A stretch of DNA of 49,272 nucleotides, from assembly GCA_905331485.1 (NCBI GenBank), contig CAJNYT010000219.1, positions 1-49,272 of the forward strand, given 5' to 3'. Positions 43,085 to 49,272 of this stretch are shown in pieces; position 1 is the first letter of the stretch, and each line of letters starts with the position of its first letter. The stretch is from Rotaria socialis (taxonomy: Eukaryota). The notes beneath the pieces are model-generated. The model saw nothing but the letters and a program-made list of their open reading frames with translations. It was not told the origin of the DNA and made no database searches. Made by a program: the position numbers and the translations under genes.

Positions 43085-44470
43085 TTGCAACAAGAATCAT
43101 TAGAGGAATATGAAAAGGCTGATTCAGATAAGGGCAAGGGCACTGACGCTGGCGATGGCAATAGTTTCAGTGGCGATTTACCTTCGCTTCGGTTTACAGA
43201 CACTCGTGGGCCTTCGCCGATGAGTCATGATTTTCCCACTTGGAAGACCACTCTAGATAATGGAAATGAACGCTTAAAAGAACCGACTGGTCTTAATATA
43301 TTTTCGAAATTAGAAGATCAACCGGTACCAATATCTACTGTTTATAACAAACTGGCAGGAAAGAAGAAGAGAGGTAAGGTCATCATTATTATCAAGCTTA
43401 TTACATTATATCCGTTATAGGGTCATTGTCTGCGCCACTATCAGGGCTATCACTCGAACCGCCTCCAAAACAATCAAGTAAGATTTGAATAATAGATTGT
43501 TTGTATACGATCAAGAGTTCCGAATGTTGTACACTTATTTCCGAGAAGAAAACAGCAATTTATGAATTTGATTGAGTTTTAGTGATTTTTGCCCGATATT
43601 TTAAATTCAGAGTTACTGAGACTCCATCGAGTTTACAAAAAGTAATTAAAAGTTAGAAATGTTATGTTTCGACTACTGTCACTGATAAGTAATATTCGTG
43701 TTCTTATTCATATTATTGCTAACCTTTCCCTAACGAAAGTTTGAAGTTTACAAGTTCAGAAAATTACCTTTACATGAATGTGAATAACGGTGAATCTTCC
43801 TGTTACGTATATCTACCCTTACATTCGCACTCTCTTAAATATTTTTGCTGGAGTAGAAAGAACGATGGTAAGAAATTGAGCTATCAAAGTGCGGCACCCT
43901 TATTAGTTTGTTGCCAGCTGTGCACATTAAACATGCTACGTTCTGATTTGCTATCCATGTTAGGCGTTGAATTGGCAGAACCATTCGATTTTTACGGCCT
44001 TATCACTGATACTTCTGCATGGGCTTCTCTTTCTTTTCCCAAGCCACTGTCACCAGACATATCATGTCGAACAATATCATCCTGCACTAATGACAGCTAT
44101 ATGCCATCTCCAATAGCATTAAAACCGAACCCAAGTGTTGGTAAGTTAGAACCACATAAATTTCTCGATTACTTTAATTAATGGATCATGAACATAGAAC
44201 CATCTTTAGAAATGTCGTCATTTGGTGGTAGACACGATAGCATACAAGTTGCTACAAGTGAATCAAAAAGCTCGGAAGAAGCGAATATGTCAACGAAAAA
44301 ATCAGTTCGATACACTAAAGTACGTACATTAAAATGCAAGTTTTACAGAAACATCATCCAATTTTAGGAGCACCGATATGACGATAGAACGATAGACTTT
44401 GCACGTGAAAGTGCGCAACCAAAATCCACGATTTGTAAACAGACAAGAGAATTAGAGACGTGAGTTTTAA
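43085..44470 (+). other. Probable upstream exons (Ser/Pro/Glu-rich, no recognised domain) of the Hsp70-SBD-containing gene
   Basis: Several open segments are bounded by good splice signals. Examples: 43085-43371 ends AAGAGAG|GTAAGG; 43421-43487 encodes GSLSAPLSGLSLEPPPKQS then GTAAGA; and ..GVELAEPFDFYGLITDTS...KPNPSV then GTAAGT at about 44140. I could not build a complete in-phase model. Confidence 0.3.
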
Positions 44471-44578
44471 AAGGCTTGACGAGGATATGCAATGATTCGT
44501 TATTGATTGTCATTTTCGATCGATGGCTCTTTCTTTTTAATGATAACGAAATGAAAATTTAGATTTATGAAAATTTAG

Positions 44579-46216
44579 ATTTCGAAGACAATTTGCACTT
44601 AATTTAACGTCCAACATATCTGTCTGTAATCTACTTCTTCTGGACGTATGCCCACTTGGTCTGGGCATCGAAGATATTAAGGGTGAGATGCATACATTGG
44701 TACGCCGTAATACAGTTATTCCAACGCGAACTCAACTTTATCCTATATTCACAAATGCTTATGCCTATCAGGCAACAGCTACCATTCGAATATTTGAAGG
44801 TGAACATTATCTCACAAAATACAATGTATATAGTGTTCTAACTTCATAAATTTTATTTTCTAATCGTCCTCTATTGCAGAGATTATTGGGCGAGTTTAGT
44901 CTTCCTGGTCTAACAAGCAACTTCTCTGCTCAGACACTCGAAATAGCTATTCGTATGGATATTGATGCTAATGGGATACTTCATGTCGATGCTGAAGAAG
45001 CACGTTCGGGCGCGAAAGCTTCGTTTATTCTTGGATCTGATCAGCAAAGTTCGACAATTACTCAGATATTTCATACCATCGCTAAATGCCTTTTATATTT
45101 ATCTAGGATTGAGCAAAAATGATATTGAGCGACATATTGCATATGTAGAAAGTGATGCAAATGTTGCAGCTAAATCTGGTTAGTGTGTAAAAAGGATAAA
45201 TGATGTTCAATTATTGTTATTTTGTAGTTCATGATCACAAACCCAATGATCGATTGTATTTAGTTCGTATTATGTCATCTTTTCATAGTTCGATTGTTCA
45301 CTTTTTCTGTTTTTTCTCAGCTGGCTGGCCAAATTACATCTGTAATACGTGACTTTTCTGGTGAACTTATAACATCATTCGGTAATTTGTCCTTCGTTGT
45401 TGTTTGAAAGATATAGCGAAAATGGTGTATGAATTCAGGTCAAACAATTGGTGCTCCACTTCTCATTCAACTGAAAAATGTTCGATTTTCAAAAACGTTA
45501 ACTGAAGAGCTCATCAAAATTCAATCTGAGGTAATTGATACTATTTTCAAGTCTTATTACCAAATCATTGTTTTGCATTTGATTCGAACATAGGACGGTT
45601 CATTTACGTTGAATAAAGATTTAGCTGATATACTTCATGTCAATGTTGATATTTTCGATGGCCTAGAACAATACTTACGCGCACTAGGTTTTAACTCGCT
45701 CGGTAAGATCGTAAGATTTATTATAGAGATATGACCTTTAATTTTTTTTTAGCTTTGAACACACAAAATGAAATTCTTCGTTTAATTGGTACAGGTGTCA
45801 TTCTGTTTTGGCTCGCTCTTCAAATGCAAGACTCACCACAAAACACGTGTCCATTTTTATTTAACATTGAACAAATCAAAGTGAATTGATTTTTTCCAAT
45901 CTTTGCAATTTATATCCTACTCTCTTTATGTTGCCACAAAACACGTGTCCATTTTTATTTAACATTGAACAAATCAAAGTGAATTGATTTTTTCCAATCT
46001 TTGCAATTTATATCCTACTCTCTTTATGTTGCTAAGGCTTTTCTCTGCAATCATTTATCTGCTAACACAAGTGAAAAACTTGACAAAGCGATCGGATTCT
46101 ATCAACAAATAAGTCAACGTAATCGTATCTATTGTAAACAATTAGAATTGAGCGATTCATCATGGGACATGTTTATTCAACGTATAGTTATCGGCATCGA
46201 TCATGGCGATAACTAA
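44579..46216 (+). CDS. Multi-exon gene segment: Hsp70 substrate-binding-domain-like module followed by a PARP4/VWA5A-type C-terminal region
   Basis: - Exon 44579-44825: ..SNISVCNLLLLDVCPLGLGIEDIKGEMHTLVRRNTVIPTRTQLYPIFTNAYAYQATATIRIFEGEHYLTKYN.
- Exon 44880-45048: RLLGEFSLPGLTSNFSAQTLEIAIRMDIDANGILHVDAEEARSGAKASFILGSDQQ.
- Exon 45107-45178: LSKNDIERHIAYVESDANVAAKS.
- These three match Hsp70 DLLLLDVxPLSLGIE...RNTTIPTK...YEGER...LLGxFxLxGIPPAPRGxPQIEVTFDIDANGIL...LSKEEIERM.
- Further exons (about 45289 or 45321)-45381, 45439-45530, 45594-45702, 45753-45880 and 46037-46216 encode ..KIQSEDGSFTLNKDLADILHV...LRLIGTGVILFWLALQ... and the stop.
- The junction after 45178 is unresolved. Confidence 0.65.
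45837..46032. repeat. Perfect 98-bp tandem duplication (45837-45934 and 45935-46032)
   Basis: cacaaaacacgtgtccatttttatttaacattgaacaaatcaaagtgaattgattttttccaatctttgcaatttatatcctactctctttatgttgc occurs twice back to back without a mismatch. It covers the last 44 nt of an exon, its GTGAAT donor and 54 nt of intron. Confidence 0.95.
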
Positions 46217-46666
46217 AAATTGATTTTCAGTGCCATCGATTGTTTTAATAATTTAACCATTACACTTTTATTATTCTAATCATGAATCACATCGATATTG
46301 TTTATTCTTGAGCACAAAAAAAAGCAAAGCATTCAAGCGTGCCGGTGGAAATGTGTGAGGGTAATAGTAAACATAAGGCGTACATCCTCATGTTTTTCAT
46401 GAGTCAGGTGTTGGAAAAAGTAGTTGCAAGAATCCTCAGTGCAAATTTTGGCGCGTTAGTAATTATGCTTGGCTTACGACTAAGAGGCATTGCACGTAAG
46501 CCACGACCAATTGCCACAGAACGTTGCTCAATGAATTTCACTGATTTGAGTGATCTTTTTACTGTGGGTAGATACCATAAAGTTATGGAGAGTCCCAAAA
46601 TTTCAACTCAAACGAATAAGCCGTTCCCGAAATATGAGTTTTGAAAATATGGAAATTTCAAAAAAA

Positions 46667-46775
46667 GGGGTGCGTGTGTGGATATTCCTGTAATTTGTTG
46701 TCACACCGAAACGCACGCTCCAGGCCCCCGACACACACCCGTCTACGCACCCGTCTACGCACCCAAAACCCATAC
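46667..46775. repeat. Degenerate inverted telomeric-type junction
   Basis: G-arm ggggtgcgtgtgtgg. The C-rich side is cacaccgaaacgcacgc ... cgacacacacccgtctacgcacccgtctacgcacccaaaaccc, which includes a 12-bp tandem acccgtctacgc x2. Confidence 0.5.
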
Positions 46776-48315
46776 TCCGGTATGTTTCCGACAGGAATAC
46801 TGATTGCATCTTACGGGAATCTTTTCAGTAGGAATCAGCCGAAAAAGACGATGTTACCGGCGGGCCCCCGCCGGATTCTGTCAGAGAAATCATCGGCTTG
46901 TGTTTATTCACTCTGTAAATTGTCTTCTTTGCACACATGCATATACCTATAAGACTGTTTCTCGTTCCTTGTGATGAAATCATTTTCTGTTAGCATAATA
47001 ATCAAACGCTTTGGCGCTCTCCGCATCCAAATACAACACAGATTTTGTGTGATTTTTGCATGTGAGGTATCATCTTATTTCATGACCATGGTGAAAGTAT
47101 GCAAGGGTGTGTGAGTGTGGTGCAGGGTGGTCAGATCTTCTGAAAACCAGGGAAAATTTCTAAATTTTGAACATGTTCCTGATTATTTCTGAATTTGAAA
47201 TATTTTCAGATCGCTGCTTTGTCACTGAAATTAGGTACGATTATAACCCATTACTATAATAAATCAATTGCGTTTGATCAATTTTCTGTTTTAATCATCT
47301 TTTTATTCCTCGTTCAAATTCTGGAGTCGAATTGATTTTCGGTTATATGAAGCATTTATAGTTCGATTATCGTAATCTAGTAATACAAGTAACGCTCGTC
47401 GCTGTGCGATTCGCTTAACCCTCGACTGAAGAGTTTAAAGCAAGAATATATTATTCAATCTTACCCGGAAGAACTTTAACAATATCAAAGTACCGAATCT
47501 CCTCTACCACAATTATGTTATAGTTGACTTTCAAAACGTCCGCAGCTTCAAATGATAGTAATATCTGGATATAAAATTGATACGTTGCGCTAACATTTTG
47601 ATTAGATAAAGTCTTACAAAGATATATATCATAAAATTCTGATTTTCATATCACGATGGTCACAACAATATCTTGAAATGCTCTGAGATTTTTAATATGA
47701 AAACAATGTGTCTGTCAACACAAACTTATTCAGAATATGATACAGCGACCATTCATACTAGCGTTAGTTGATAAAGCCATTTGCCAAGACAAATATTATT
47801 CTATGGGGCAAATAATGAACTGAAAGAAGTTGATTCCAATTATCAGAAGTGGATATGGTTCTCCAGGGCTAGTTCGAATGTATAGCCAGAACACATGTAT
47901 ACCAAAATATTAGCTAAAAATGTACTTAAGATGAAACATGATTTCATTGTCGAATTTATGGGCCATCCTAGTCACATAGTACCATAAAATGATTTAATTA
48001 GAAGTATAAGATGGTATTGTAGCAGAGTGTGTTTATTCGTGAAATTCGATAACTAATCATGAATTACAAAGATATTAAATTTATAATGAAAAAAAGGAAT
48101 ATGGGATGAATATATAGAACAAAAGTAGTACCTGAATATTTCGCATATCATTTCATATGACGATAAAAAAAAGGAGACTACAGCTAATACATGCAATACG
48201 AGCAACAAAGTATAGTCAAATGTATAGATCATAGAGTAACTAATATAGAAAAGAAAATCATATACATAAAAATTGACACAAACTAGAGCAGTTTTCATGC
48301 AAAGCAGAAAAGATG

Positions 48316-49272
48316 TTACAACCATTCTGGAAAGCGTGCTTGGGTCTCTAAATATAGTTTATCGAGTCGTTCAATTTCTGTCAGTTGTGACTTGCTGGGT
48401 TTAATTAACAACACCTTGTAATCAAAATATCGCAAAATAACCAAATCAGTTAAGCGTTTTACCCGCGATAAGGGTACATAGACTGCAGCAATATCATCGG
48501 TTTCATTTGGCAGTTTTAAATCAATCACAACTTTATTCAATGTTTGACCTTGACTCTTGTGTGTTGTAATGCAATAAGCTGGTACAAGTGGTAATGCGCG
48601 CCGTTTAATTGATAACAGTGTTTTTCTATTTGATTTTGGTTTCTTATCTTTTGGAAGCATATCGCCTATATCGACTCGAAATGTTTGTTCCATTACCGGT
48701 ATTGGAATCAGTTTTGGCTGAAGTTGTTCTAAATTGCATTCGATCGTTGATTTGCTAATTTCCACCAAGGCGTACAGAGGTCGATGGACATATCGTGCAT
48801 TCTTGGAAAATTCTTCTGAAATAATATCAGTTGACACGGAATCTTCCTGGTAGACAAGCTGCCGAAAGATTCCGTTCACACCGTTGATAAGACCCAATTC
48901 AATTGCAATATTTTGCGTTAAAATTACAGGCATTCCAGGAACAAGAGGTAATAGACCTGGTAGATGCTCTGTTTTACTATCAGATAATTCTAATCATTTT
49001 TTAATAAGTGCTCGATCTTCAATTGGTTTGCCTTTGCAGGTGTCTTGGGCAATGCATACTATAGGTGTCTGTCCCACTTGTTGTGCTTTGTGACTAAGTG
49101 CCTTGTGATTTAATTGTGTTCGTATTTCGTTACGAAATACAAGAATCGGAGCCTAAAATGATGAAGATAGTGAATTGTCTAAATCTAGAAAAACAAATTT
49201 ACTTTATTCCATGGTGAATCACTTAACAAGGGTACGGAAGATTGCCCCACTATTCGTGTTAACAATAATTCG
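48316..49272 (-). pseudogene. Pif1-family (Helitron-type) helicase C-terminal region, interrupted by an in-frame TGA; runs off the window edge
   Basis: - Minus strand: ..APILVFRNEIRTQLNHKAL...KGKPIEDRALIKK*LELSDSKTEHLPGLLPLVPGMPVILTQNIAIELGLINGVNG...LPLVPAYCITTHKSQGQTLNKVVIDL...AVYVPLSRVKRLTDLVIL (Pif1 motifs TxHKSQG and YVAxSR).
- The in-frame TGA is at 48994-48996.
- A candidate 75-nt intron is at 49153-49227. Confidence 0.7.

Overview
This is eukaryotic, AT-rich, gene-dense DNA of an accessory type. It has spliceosomal GT-AG introns of about 46-75 nt, a calmodulin-like gene, and more than a dozen interstitial tracts of the hexamer TGTGGG/CCCACA. From memory, that hexamer is the telomeric repeat reported for bdelloid rotifers, so the window most likely comes from a bdelloid subtelomere-like region. 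This is inference; no database search was possible.

Supported genes:
- a short intronless adenylosuccinate-synthetase-family gene with PurZ-like deviations (4280-5362, -)
- a 792-aa zinc-finger plus ART-fold protein (7576-9954, -), with a small myristoylation-signal ORF just upstream
- a WWE plus R-S-E ADP-ribosyltransferase (11543-12551, -)
- a paracaspase/metacaspase-like C14 protease (17900-18720, -)
- an R-S-E ART plus TPR protein (25833-27707, +)
- a GT1 UDP-glycosyltransferase (28479-30061, -)
- a roughly 19-exon PARP4-like gene, BRCT-PRD-PARP-VIT-vWA (33101-39127, +)
- a calmodulin-like gene (39969-42866, +)
- a multi-exon gene carrying an Hsp70 substrate-binding module without an ATPase domain (44579-46216, +)
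- a Pif1/Helitron-type helicase remnant (48316-49272, -)

Two kinds of non-genic structure dominate. First, short inverted telomeric-repeat junctions, always G-strand arm first and C-strand arm second, cut the window into cassettes. Each cassette is flanked like a telomere-capped linear DNA. Second, there are at least five long fold-back inverted repeats and two TIR elements.

Main novelty candidates:
- the cassette/junction architecture, including telomeric repeats that begin 18-21 nt after poly(A)-signal-like hexamers of three ART/TPR genes
- the PurZ-like gene bracketed by inverted C11/G10 tracts
- the co-location of four different ADP-ribosyltransferase genes with a WWE reader and a caspase-fold protease

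Exon coordinates were derived by hand translation and should be treated as models.
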